Positions 1-8,222 of a stretch of 36,480 nucleotides of DNA are shown in pieces (positions within the stretch are counted from its first letter, which is position 1; every line of letters starts with the position of its first letter). The DNA is from Oligoflexales bacterium. Lineage in GTDB: Bacteria > Bdellovibrionota_B > Oligoflexia > Oligoflexales > CAIYRB01. The position numbers and the translations under genes were made by a program. Location of the stretch: assembly GCA_041736175.1 (NCBI GenBank), contig JBGSUI010000072.1:1-36480 (forward strand), given 5' to 3'. Below the pieces are notes generated by a model, which was not told the DNA's origin, ran no database searches, and worked only from the letters and a program-made list of their open reading frames with translations.

Positions 1-30
1 GGCGGTGGAGGCGGTGGAGGCGGTGGAGGG
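1..30. repeat. (GGCGGTGGA)x3 tandem repeat encoding the TonB poly-proline linker
   Basis: Seen directly; reads CCA CCG CCT on the minus strand. Confidence 0.85.
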
Positions 31-215
31 GGTTTCTTTTCCACAACCGAAATCTTAATGGGCTCGCGTTTGACAGGTTGATCTTTTGCAAACTGGGCTT
101 CTTTACTTAGGTAAATACCAAAGGACAAATGGATGCCCAGCGAAACCACCAACCCTAAGGTGAGGGGAACCACTGTTTGAAGAAAAATTGGTTGTTTTGA
201 AAATATTTTGGCCAT
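1..215 (-). CDS. tonB: TonB-family energy transducer, N-terminal part (runs off the window; not in the ORF track)
   Basis: Manual translation from ATG at 215: MAKIFSKQPIFLQTVVPLTLGLVVSLGIHLSFGIYLSKEAQFAKDQPVKREPIKISVVEKKPPPPPPPPP. It has a single TM helix with the TonB S-x3-H motif (SLGIH), then a poly-Pro linker. GAGGTG RBS upstream; divergent from a TonB-dependent receptor. Confidence 0.8.
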   Translation of the reverse strand, partial: MAKIFSKQPIFLQTVVPLTLGLVVSLGIHLSFGIYLSKEAQFAKDQPVKREPIKISVVEKKPPPPPPPPPP

Positions 216-266
216 GGATCACCTCGTTGCGTTACTATTATATGCGCTAAGGGGAGAAAATAAAAA

Positions 267-2519
267 ATGTATTCAAAAAATCCATGGTATTTATGGCTAG
301 GATTGTCCTTATCCGCCCTTTTTAACTTAACTTTTTTAGGGACTGCTGTCCAAGCTGCACCTAAGTCCGTTGGAGAAAATCCTGTCACGATCAAAGTAAG
401 AGTTAAGGGCCAAGGTGATGGCCTGAGTCGAGTCGAAGTCAAAGTTGGGGGTCAGAAATTGTTTACGGACCCCCAAGGTGAGCTAAAAGTCACGCTGCCC
501 AAAGAGGGTAACCTTGAGTTTTACCGACGGGGTTATGATCCTTTAGTCGTCTCCGTTAAAGACCTTATGGGAGGCGATTCTAAAGAAGTCTTTTTGTTTC
601 CAGCAACACCCTCTGGAGATGAAATCGTCGTCACAGGGGTGAGGCGTCCAGAAGTGTCGCGAAAGAAAATAGCAGTGGAAGAAGCTGTTAAAGTCGCGCC
701 CGGTGGCGATCCCGCCCAAGTTCCTAAACTCCTGCCAGGGGTCCAATCAAACAATTTTAGTCCCGAGGTGGTCGTCCGGGGATCGGGACCCCAGGAGTCT
801 CGCTATAAGGTTGATGACTGGGCAGTGCCCTATATTTTTCACTCTATCGGGAATATTTCTATTATTCCTGACCAACTTCTCGGTGATGTGGAATTCTCCT
901 CGGGAGGATTTGGACCACAGGATGGCAATGCTACCGGGGGTGTGATCTCCCTTAAAACAAAAAACGGTGTACCCGAACGAAATCAGACGGAATTTAGGGT
1001 TAACATACCGATTTATTCTAGTATCTACCATGAACGGGCGGTGTCGGAAGGCAAAGGCAAGCTGGCAGTCTCAGCGCGACGGAGTTATATCGAAAAAATA
1101 CTCCCTACGATCTTAAAGAAGGTCAACGAAGAACGAGGCATGAACCTCACGGTAGTGCCCTATTTTGGTGATGCTCATCTTTACTACGAGAAGCCTCGCG
1201 ACGATGGTACTGTAAAAATCCTAGGTTTGTATTCCTATGATGGTCTACGACTCGCATTCCCAACAGCCTCTGCCGAAAACGAAGACGGTCAAGGGCGTTT
1301 TAGTATCAAGGATTCGGTTTATCTCCTGGGATTTCAGTACACAAAAAACCTCGGTGATAACTGGTCTATCAGCACGTCTCCCTACGTAAGTGATGTGGAC
1401 CGAAAATTGGATATCCTTAGCAACCGTATCTATGTGGGAGCCACCAGCCTTGCCCTCCAGGGCGAAGCCACCAAGCGGTTTTCAGGCAAGAAAAGGCTCT
1501 TTATTGGCTCCGAAATCATCCACTATTGGGGTCGCGCCGATGTGTTTGTGCCTCGACCAGACTTTAACGATCCATTCTTTGATTTTGAAGAAGCTCCCAA
1601 GGTGAAGTCCAAAGTCACCCAGTCCATCGACGAGATTGCGGCCTGGACGGCCTATGATTTTGATGTGGGACCCTGGTTTTTTAGTCCCGGCGTTCGCGTC
1701 AACCACTCAACCCGAATCAAGCGCTCAGATGTGGACCCTCGCCTCAATGGCCGGTACCAAATCAACGAAGACAACCAGCTGAAGATGGCTGTAGGCCAGT
1801 ATTCCAATGTTCCAGAATTTGCAGAAGTAGCCAAAGATTTTGGCAATCAAAACCTTAACTTTATAAAATCCTATCATTATATTTTAGGCGTCGAAACCCA
1901 ATGGAAGCCTAGTTGGGTCACTGATTTCCAAGCTTTTTATAAAGAAACCAAAAATCTAGTCAGGTCCGATCCAGTGACCAACTACGCTAATAAAGGCGAG
2001 AGGATTAATTTTGGCGCGGAAGCATTTATTAGGCGTAACCTGACGGCAAGACTTTTTGGGTGGTTGTCTTATACCTACTCCCAAAATCGGGAACGGGACA
2101 ATGACCAGGAAACCTATAGAAACTCTCAGTATGATCAGACCCATATCTTAAACTTGGTGGGAAATTATAAATTAAATGCCGTCTGGGAGGCAGGAGGAAG
2201 ACTTGCTTATCATACGGGAGATACCTTTACCCCCGTGGATGGAGCGGTCTATAACGCAAACTTAGACAAATACCAGCAACGGAACGACCCCAAGACACGG
2301 TTTTTCAGTAAACGGCTTCCCAACTATCACCAGATGTCGGTCTATTCCACGCGGGACTTCCTTTATGATACCTGGAAACTCGGTCTGAGGTTTGGAATTG
2401 AGTTCTTGGCATTTAGTCCCCAGGCGACCAACGTCCAATACAACTATGACTATTCAAAAGAGCAATACAATACCAATGTCCCACCGATTCCCTATATCGA
2501 GCTAAGGGGTGTGTTATGA
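267..2519 (+). CDS. TonB-dependent outer-membrane receptor with N-terminal carboxypeptidase-regulatory-like domain
   Basis: Signal peptide; TonB-box-like EIVVTG; plug motifs (GGDP..LPGV, VVRGSGP, GGFGPQDGNATGGVI); beta-barrel motifs (PGVR, DPRLN, FGWLSYTYS, YDQTHILN); 750 aa. Confidence 0.9.
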   Translation: MYSKNPWYLWLGLSLSALFNLTFLGTAVQAAPKSVGENPVTIKVRVKGQGDGLSRVEVKVGGQKLFTDPQGELKVTLPKEGNLEFYRRGYDPLVVSVKDLMGGDSKEVFLFPATPSGDEIVVTGVRRPEVSRKKIAVEEAVKVAPGGDPAQVPKLLPGVQSNNFSPEVVVRGSGPQESRYKVDDWAVPYIFHSIGNISIIPDQLLGDVEFSSGGFGPQDGNATGGVISLKTKNGVPERNQTEFRVNIPIYSSIYHERAVSEGKGKLAVSARRSYIEKILPTILKKVNEERGMNLTVVPYFGDAHLYYEKPRDDGTVKILGLYSYDGLRLAFPTASAENEDGQGRFSIKDSVYLLGFQYTKNLGDNWSISTSPYVSDVDRKLDILSNRIYVGATSLALQGEATKRFSGKKRLFIGSEIIHYWGRADVFVPRPDFNDPFFDFEEAPKVKSKVTQSIDEIAAWTAYDFDVGPWFFSPGVRVNHSTRIKRSDVDPRLNGRYQINEDNQLKMAVGQYSNVPEFAEVAKDFGNQNLNFIKSYHYILGVETQWKPSWVTDFQAFYKETKNLVRSDPVTNYANKGERINFGAEAFIRRNLTARLFGWLSYTYSQNRERDNDQETYRNSQYDQTHILNLVGNYKLNAVWEAGGRLAYHTGDTFTPVDGAVYNANLDKYQQRNDPKTRFFSKRLPNYHQMSVYSTRDFLYDTWKLGLRFGIEFLAFSPQATNVQYNYDYSKEQYNTNVPPIPYIELRGVL

Positions 2520-3250
2520 ACATTTTTAAACAATTACTGTCGCTAGGTGTCTTGGTTCTTTTATCGGCATGCAGTGACACCGATGACCCCTTTGAGAGGA
2601 TCCAAAAACTGCGGGCTATCGGCGTAGCACCTACACCCATAGCCCTGGCACCCCAGCCAGGAGCCACCTTTACACTAACGGTTTATGCAGCGGTACCCCT
2701 TGGCAGTCTTGTGACCGCGGAGTCATCCCTCGATGACGCCTCCCGCTACGCCCTATCGGTCCCGGTGTCTTTAGTTCCAGGGTCCGAGAGCTATACCGAG
2801 CATTCGACCTTCCGCCTGTTTCAAGCCCGGTTTGTGATGGCTGTGCCGCCCCTGGAGATTCCCAGTGACCGTGGGTTTCTAGCCCTGCGCTACGCTATTT
2901 TGTTGAGGTCTGGAGACGAAGAAGAAAAGATTGTGGGCAATACGACCCTGTATCCCCAAGGATCACCAGCCCTGGGATGGCAGCCACCGACGGCATCGAT
3001 CGCCACTCCTCTGGACGGCAATATTGAAAATAAACAAAAAATCGAGCTTAAGGCCAATTTTTCGACCCAAATCGAAGGTGAAAACCTGAGGATGAGTTGG
3101 TTCGTCACCAGTGGCAACCTTAGAAATCGACGTGCTAAGGAGACGATTTGGGAAAAGGCAGGATCAGGGCCCCAATCGGTCATTCTCACAGTGCGTGGAT
3201 TAAAGTCAGGAGCTTTGGCTCCACCCCAGATTCTCGATCTAAACCTCTAA
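2516..3250 (+). CDS. Lipoprotein, probable partner of the TonB-dependent receptor
   Basis: Lipobox LSAC after a hydrophobic stretch; ATGA overlap with the receptor stop codon. Confidence 0.8.
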   Translation: MNIFKQLLSLGVLVLLSACSDTDDPFERIQKLRAIGVAPTPIALAPQPGATFTLTVYAAVPLGSLVTAESSLDDASRYALSVPVSLVPGSESYTEHSTFRLFQARFVMAVPPLEIPSDRGFLALRYAILLRSGDEEEKIVGNTTLYPQGSPALGWQPPTASIATPLDGNIENKQKIELKANFSTQIEGENLRMSWFVTSGNLRNRRAKETIWEKAGSGPQSVILTVRGLKSGALAPPQILDLNL

Positions 3251-4036
3251 AGTCCCACAGGTGATCCTATGTTGATCCCGTATCGTTAGGATATGGACCT
3301 TGGTGGGCGACCTGCTGACGGCGACTGAAACAAGGTGTCGATCAGTGATTGTCAGTCCAGCATTGAAGATGGCGGTTTCAAAAGCCCTTAGATGCTTTCG
3401 ACCAGGGTCTGCGACGACTCCAGTCCCACGAGACCCAAGCAGGGACTTTAGAGCAAATGCAAGGGCTGCGGGTTGCCACGCTTCATAGAGTAGGTCGCTG
3501 CCAACAACAAAATCAAGACTCACCCTTTTCGTCCACGGATATTTCACTGAAAAGCTGGGCCATAGCCTCCAGTCTAGTTTTTGATAGACTAATCCTTGAG
3601 CGTTGTTTCTGAGGATATTGCGCTGCAAAAACTCGGGAACATAGTCATGATGATCTGAGGCAATCATCTGTATGTTAGACTTCTGAGCCAAACACAGACT
3701 TGGGATTCCTAAGCCGCAGCCTAGTTCAAGACATTGCATTGGTTCATGTGACTCTGCAAGGATCTGCATCATATATTCCGCAAGGGCTTGTGCTGCGGGC
3801 CATATCACCCCAAAATGGGGGCAGAGATCCTGAGTCCTAGATTCGCGATGGGTTTTTAAAGCAAGTGCGAGGATGGCTATGCGAGCCTTTTCTAGGTCAT
3901 GAATGACTTCGAGTTGAAGAAGGTGACTGCCTACCTTTAGATTTTTTATCTGTGTTTGAATGGTGAGCTTATCGATTTCGGTTGGAAAGACCGTCGTCCT
4001 CGGCGGATTTTGGGTCGGCTGCGTTTTTTTTCCCAT
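3239..4036 (-). CDS. Class I SAM-dependent methyltransferase, METTL21/Methyltransf_16-like protein methyltransferase family
   Basis: Motifs FGVIWPAA, LELGCGLG, LDW, GSDLLYE, ADPGR. Confidence 0.85.
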   Translation of the reverse strand: MGKKTQPTQNPPRTTVFPTEIDKLTIQTQIKNLKVGSHLLQLEVIHDLEKARIAILALALKTHRESRTQDLCPHFGVIWPAAQALAEYMMQILAESHEPMQCLELGCGLGIPSLCLAQKSNIQMIASDHHDYVPEFLQRNILRNNAQGLVYQKLDWRLWPSFSVKYPWTKRVSLDFVVGSDLLYEAWQPAALAFALKSLLGSRGTGVVADPGRKHLRAFETAIFNAGLTITDRHLVSVAVSRSPTKVHILTIRDQHRITCGTLEV

Positions 4037-4250
4037 AATCTATATGGTAGCGAATACGGCAGGGAAAACACAAATAGCCATACAAATTTAGGCTGTCTTG
4101 CACTTTACGATCTGAAAGAGTGGTCTACTGGTATGAAAATGTCACCTGGGACTCTTTTTAGGAGCAAAATGGTACCAGTCAAAGCGACGAAATTTCAGAA
4201 AGAAAGTCCAAATCAATGGTCTTATTGATAAGTTCCCTTGAATCTAGTCA

Positions 4251-4266
4251 TGGCATGCAATGTGCA
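4251..4266 (+). promoter_or_regulatory. sigma54 (RpoN)-type -24/-12 promoter
   Basis: TGGCATG-CAAT-GTGCA: GG and GC are separated by exactly 10 nt; 70 bp upstream of ATG 4337. Confidence 0.6.
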
Positions 4267-4336
4267 TAGCACATTGGAGGTAACGTAGAGTTATAGAGAT
4301 ATCTTGGTTCAATATTTTTCCCTTAAAAGGTGAATT

Positions 4337-5470
4337 ATGATTTTGCCGCTCACTCCATTGACCCTAGGTCTTGCTCCTAATCATGCTCCATGGCGGGAGA
4401 TCCGAGACTTGTTTTACCGCGGATCTCTGTCAAAGGTGATCGAGATGGTTGAAGTAGAGATTAAACAATCTCCCGATTTTGCCCTCCATGGCAAACTTGT
4501 CCAAGCGGCCTGCCATATCGAACGGGGCAATATCGATTTAGCCACTAAAATCATACTAGAAGTCAAAGGAGAGCTAGAGGGTTTCAGCCTCCCCTCTCCT
4601 GATGCTTTAGTCGGCGACGTATCGTTTGTGATTGCAGGGCTTCAATACCTCCAAGCAGTCATTCTATTTAGGGAAGGCCATTTTGACCAAGCTATGGAGT
4701 CTTTCATGGAGATTCATAGTTCCCTTGGTCCGCGTGAGGGGGCCATTCGGACCGAGCTCCAACCTCTAGCAATCCTCGCAAGGATTGGATGCCTGTTAGG
4801 TGCCTTGGATTTAGCACAAGAAGATAGCATTCAGTTTTGGTATGAAGAACTATCTAACCTCGAAATCAATTTATATACTGACCTACGCATCCATCTCCAT
4901 ATGGCACTCGCACGCCACGCACTCCTTATAAAAAAAGATGCTAAACTTAGCCAGATGTTTGCAAAAAAAGCCTTTTCTGAAGCTATGAGCCAATCTTGGA
5001 GCTATTTTGCGGTCTCCGCTTTGCTGTTGGTCGCCACGGTACACCAGATCCAAAAAGAATATAAAGAACTCCATTGGACCTTGGAATTTTTAAAACCAAC
5101 CCTTGAAAGTTCCGAATATGGATATCTCTCCAACCTCGTAGACCTTCAATTTAAAGGCGACCTCGCCCTTAATGCACCTATCGAATTTGACGCCCAAAAC
5201 AAGCGGGTTTTTATGGGAGGTGACTGGCTTGCACTTCATGAAAGGCCTATATTATTTGATTTTCTTATGTTGCTCAGAAAAAATGTTGATTTTGTCGATA
5301 AAAAATCTATAGCTGAGGCCCTCTGGCCAACAGAGCCTTATAAATCCAGAGTTCACGATCCCCGCATCTTCGACATCGCTAAACGTACTCGAAATATGAT
5401 TGAGGCCCATCACCAGCGACCCTCAAACCTGCTGTCAGGTCGTTTGGGGTATAAGCTGGCAGATTTGTGA
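4337..5470 (+). CDS. TPR-like helical-repeat protein with C-terminal winged-helix DNA-binding domain (putative regulator)
   Basis: Helical repeat-like body; C-terminal OmpR/PhoB-type wHTH pattern (FVDKKSIAEALWP...DPRIFDIAKRTR...GRLGYKL). Confidence 0.7.
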   Translation: MILPLTPLTLGLAPNHAPWREIRDLFYRGSLSKVIEMVEVEIKQSPDFALHGKLVQAACHIERGNIDLATKIILEVKGELEGFSLPSPDALVGDVSFVIAGLQYLQAVILFREGHFDQAMESFMEIHSSLGPREGAIRTELQPLAILARIGCLLGALDLAQEDSIQFWYEELSNLEINLYTDLRIHLHMALARHALLIKKDAKLSQMFAKKAFSEAMSQSWSYFAVSALLLVATVHQIQKEYKELHWTLEFLKPTLESSEYGYLSNLVDLQFKGDLALNAPIEFDAQNKRVFMGGDWLALHERPILFDFLMLLRKNVDFVDKKSIAEALWPTEPYKSRVHDPRIFDIAKRTRNMIEAHHQRPSNLLSGRLGYKLADL

Positions 5471-5476
5471 GATTTT

Positions 5477-5485
5477 TGCTATAAT
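5477..5485 (+). promoter_or_regulatory. Extended -10 promoter element (TGnTATAAT)
   Basis: TGCTATAAT, ending 6 nt before ATG 5492. Confidence 0.5.
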
Positions 5486-5491
5486 CTAAGG

Positions 5492-6256
5492 ATGCTCCAG
5501 TACCACGGCCAACGACCGCGACTGTTTTTCTTTGTCTTAAGCCTAGCACTCTCACTGGGTGCGCCCTTAGGCTGGAGGCTGATCGTCTATTTTCTGGAGA
5601 TCGAGCCGTCCAGTAAGTGGGTTTACATCTACCAAACTTGTGGCACAGCCCTAGCCTTTGGCGTGATTGGAATTTTGTTTGGAAACTTCTATGAGAGGCT
5701 TAAAACGGCTACGGAAAGAGATGATTTAACGGGTCTCTTTAACCAGAGTGCCTTTCTCCGCACAGCGTCTGTCCTCCACCAATTAGCCATCCGTCACGGA
5801 GAACCCTTTTCGATCTTGATGATGGATATTGATCGATTTAAGGAAGTCAACGATAAACATAACCATTTGGTGGGGAGTTATGTCATCAAACAGATCGCCC
5901 GAATCGTCGATCGAGGCGTGCGTCGCTCGGATCTCACGGCCCGGTTTGGGGGAGATGAGTATATTTTTTGCTTGCCTAAAACCAATCTTGATGGAGCTTA
6001 CCTGTTTGCGGAGAGACTCAGAAAAGAAATCGAGTCAGAAACCTTTATCTATGGGGAACACAAAGTCAGGGTCACCGTAAGTATCGGGGTTGCCTGTAGT
6101 CATCAGTCAACCCATGAAATCACTTTGTCTAAGATCATAGAGAAAGCGGACGAATTTCTCTATCAGGCAAAAAGATCTGGTCGAAATCGGGTTGCAAAAG
6201 ACAATGTGACGCTAGATTTACTCAAAATTCATCAAAGCCAGAATGTAGGAAAATAG
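5492..6256 (+). CDS. Membrane-anchored diguanylate cyclase (GGDEF domain)
   Basis: Two N-terminal TM helices; DDLTGLFN; DIDRFKEVND; GGDEY active site with an RxxD (RRSD) I-site five residues upstream; YQAKRSGRNRV. Confidence 0.92.
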   Translation: MLQYHGQRPRLFFFVLSLALSLGAPLGWRLIVYFLEIEPSSKWVYIYQTCGTALAFGVIGILFGNFYERLKTATERDDLTGLFNQSAFLRTASVLHQLAIRHGEPFSILMMDIDRFKEVNDKHNHLVGSYVIKQIARIVDRGVRRSDLTARFGGDEYIFCLPKTNLDGAYLFAERLRKEIESETFIYGEHKVRVTVSIGVACSHQSTHEITLSKIIEKADEFLYQAKRSGRNRVAKDNVTLDLLKIHQSQNVGK

Positions 6257-6292
6257 CTGCTGTAGTGCCCCTATTTTAGGGATTTTGAAACT

Positions 6293-6318
6293 GAAGCCCT
6301 CGTATTTGTGAGGGCTTC
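6293..6318 (+). terminator. Stem-loop, possible terminator after the cyclase
   Basis: GAAGCCCTC-N8-GAGGGCTTC, a 9-bp stem; U-tract is weak. Confidence 0.5.
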
Positions 6319-6384
6319 TCATTGAGTTATCATGTGGCGTAATATAGTTTTAGTTATTAGAACTACAATTTTGTTGGAGGACCT

Positions 6385-6981
6385 ATGATTAAGTTAAATT
6401 CTGTAAGGATCATGTCTAAAATCCTAGTCAGTTTAGCTCTGTGCGCGCCGCTCCAGGCTATGGGTGGGACCGTCCCTGTCGAAGGAGGTGTCGTGGCACC
6501 GGGCCAAGTTTTTTACAAGACACCCGCGGGCCCCTTAGTTAAAAGGGAGCTTAATCTGACGGTGCCACCCCGTGGAGAGGGTGAAATTACGTTAAGCACC
6601 GACAAGTGGACGGTTTCGACGAGCCACTTTTTTTCTAAAGAAATTGCCGGTGGTATCGTGTTCACTGTTGTTTTTGTAAAGCCCTTTCCTGAGCATTCAG
6701 AAAGCTCCTTGGTGTTGAGCGGCTCTTATATGCGCGGCTCCAATGCAGCGGTCTATTGGGGGGACCTCTACAAAACCAAAACACCACTCACGGAACCAAT
6801 GATCCGCCTTCTAGAACTCACCCAGCTAAGTCCCCGGGGTGCTCCGTTCCTCCATCATGCAGGTGGGTTTAAGTTTAAGGCAGAGATTACCCCTGAAACC
6901 CCCTCGGAGCCCAATCTGCCTCCTCCCAATCCTCCATTGTCCGAGACGGATCTATCCGACTCGCTTTTCTTCCCTCATTGA
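6385..6981 (+). CDS. Hypothetical secreted protein with Pro-rich C-terminus
   Basis: GGAGG RBS; signal-peptide-like N-terminus; beta-rich body. Confidence 0.75.
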   Translation: MIKLNSVRIMSKILVSLALCAPLQAMGGTVPVEGGVVAPGQVFYKTPAGPLVKRELNLTVPPRGEGEITLSTDKWTVSTSHFFSKEIAGGIVFTVVFVKPFPEHSESSLVLSGSYMRGSNAAVYWGDLYKTKTPLTEPMIRLLELTQLSPRGAPFLHHAGGFKFKAEITPETPSEPNLPPPNPPLSETDLSDSLFFPH

Positions 6982-7007
6982 TGCGTTCTTTCCAAGGCTC
7001 GTCCGCA

Positions 7008-7039
7008 AAGCTCTCCCAAGGAAACCCTGGGGAGAGCTT
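7008..7039. terminator. Probable bidirectional terminator between convergent genes
   Basis: AAGCTCTCCC-A-AGG-AAAC-CCT-G-GGGAGAGCTT hairpin between two convergent stop codons. Confidence 0.65.
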
Positions 7040-8210
7040 ATTCTTTTCGGGAGCGCAGATCCATCCAAACGGCGATAAGGAGAATAAGTCCTTTGATCAC
7101 GAATTGATAGGTCGCATCAAGGTTCATAAGGCTCATTCCGTTATCGAGGCTCGCCATGATAAGGGCGCCAAGCAGTGCACCCCAGACGGATCCAAAGCCA
7201 CCCATAAGGCTGGTTCCACCGATCACAGCAGCCGCAATGGCATCTAATTCAGCATTTTGGCCCGCGGAAGTCGTAGCCGCTTGGAGTCTTGCGACGGTTA
7301 GGATTCCCGCAATGGCCACCAAGAGGCCCATCATTCCAAATAACAAAAAACTATTTAGCTTTTGATTGATGCCCGAATACCGGGCAGCTTCAGGGTGCCC
7401 ACCGATAGCATACAGCCTGCGCCCAAAGACAGTTTTTTCTGCCACAAACCAGCACATCACTGCAAGGGTTAGGACCAAGAGGAGTATATAGGGGACCCCT
7501 TGATAAAGACTAAGGACTAAAGCACCAGCAGCGCTTCCTAAAGAAAGAAGTGTGACTGCGAATCCAGAGTTTAGGAAGACCACTGCGGTGATAAGCAAGG
7601 CACCTAGGACAAGGGTGGATCCATGGACGGTGACCCCATCTGGGGTCCCTAAATTCAAATCGAAGGTCATCCCCCAATCAGGGAGATAGCCGCTGCCGAG
7701 GGCACTTAAGATCTCTAGTCCCCATCCCCCTCCGAGTCCTTGGTCGATTGACTCCAAGCTTAGGGTCCTGCCATCCGTGATCCCTACAAGAGCACCGCGA
7801 AACACCAACATGCTGGCAAGGGTCACAATAAAAGCCGGAACCTTCTGATAGGAAATCCAAAATCCATGCCAAAGACCGATGGCAATCCCTGCCGATAAGG
7901 TGATGAGGAAAACACCCCACCAGGGAATCCCCGTCCGAGCAAGGAGAGAAACCATCAAGGCACCTAAAAAGCCCAAGACCGCCCCCACCGACAGGTCGAT
8001 ATATCCCGTAACGATGACGAGCACCATTCCCATCGTTAGAGTTGCCGTAATGCTCGATTGAATTAAAAGGTTTGACAAGTTTCGCGGCGAAATAAACATA
8101 CCGTCGGTTAACCCAGCAAAGATCGCCCAGACCACCATTAGAGCAAAAAACAGCGCTCCTTGGCGGAAATGGCTTAACAAAAAATTGGTTTTTTTAGATT
8201 TTTGTTGCAT
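7038..8210 (-). CDS. xylH: Monosaccharide (xylose-type) ABC transporter permease
   Basis: IDLSVG, PAFIVTLA, FGRRLYAIGG, ELDAIAAAVIGGTSLMGG; many TM helices. Substrate not provable from sequence. Confidence 0.85.
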   Translation of the reverse strand: MQQKSKKTNFLLSHFRQGALFFALMVVWAIFAGLTDGMFISPRNLSNLLIQSSITATLTMGMVLVIVTGYIDLSVGAVLGFLGALMVSLLARTGIPWWGVFLITLSAGIAIGLWHGFWISYQKVPAFIVTLASMLVFRGALVGITDGRTLSLESIDQGLGGGWGLEILSALGSGYLPDWGMTFDLNLGTPDGVTVHGSTLVLGALLITAVVFLNSGFAVTLLSLGSAAGALVLSLYQGVPYILLLVLTLAVMCWFVAEKTVFGRRLYAIGGHPEAARYSGINQKLNSFLLFGMMGLLVAIAGILTVARLQAATTSAGQNAELDAIAAAVIGGTSLMGGFGSVWGALLGALIMASLDNGMSLMNLDATYQFVIKGLILLIAVWMDLRSRKE

Positions 8211-8222
8211 ATGTTATCTCGA

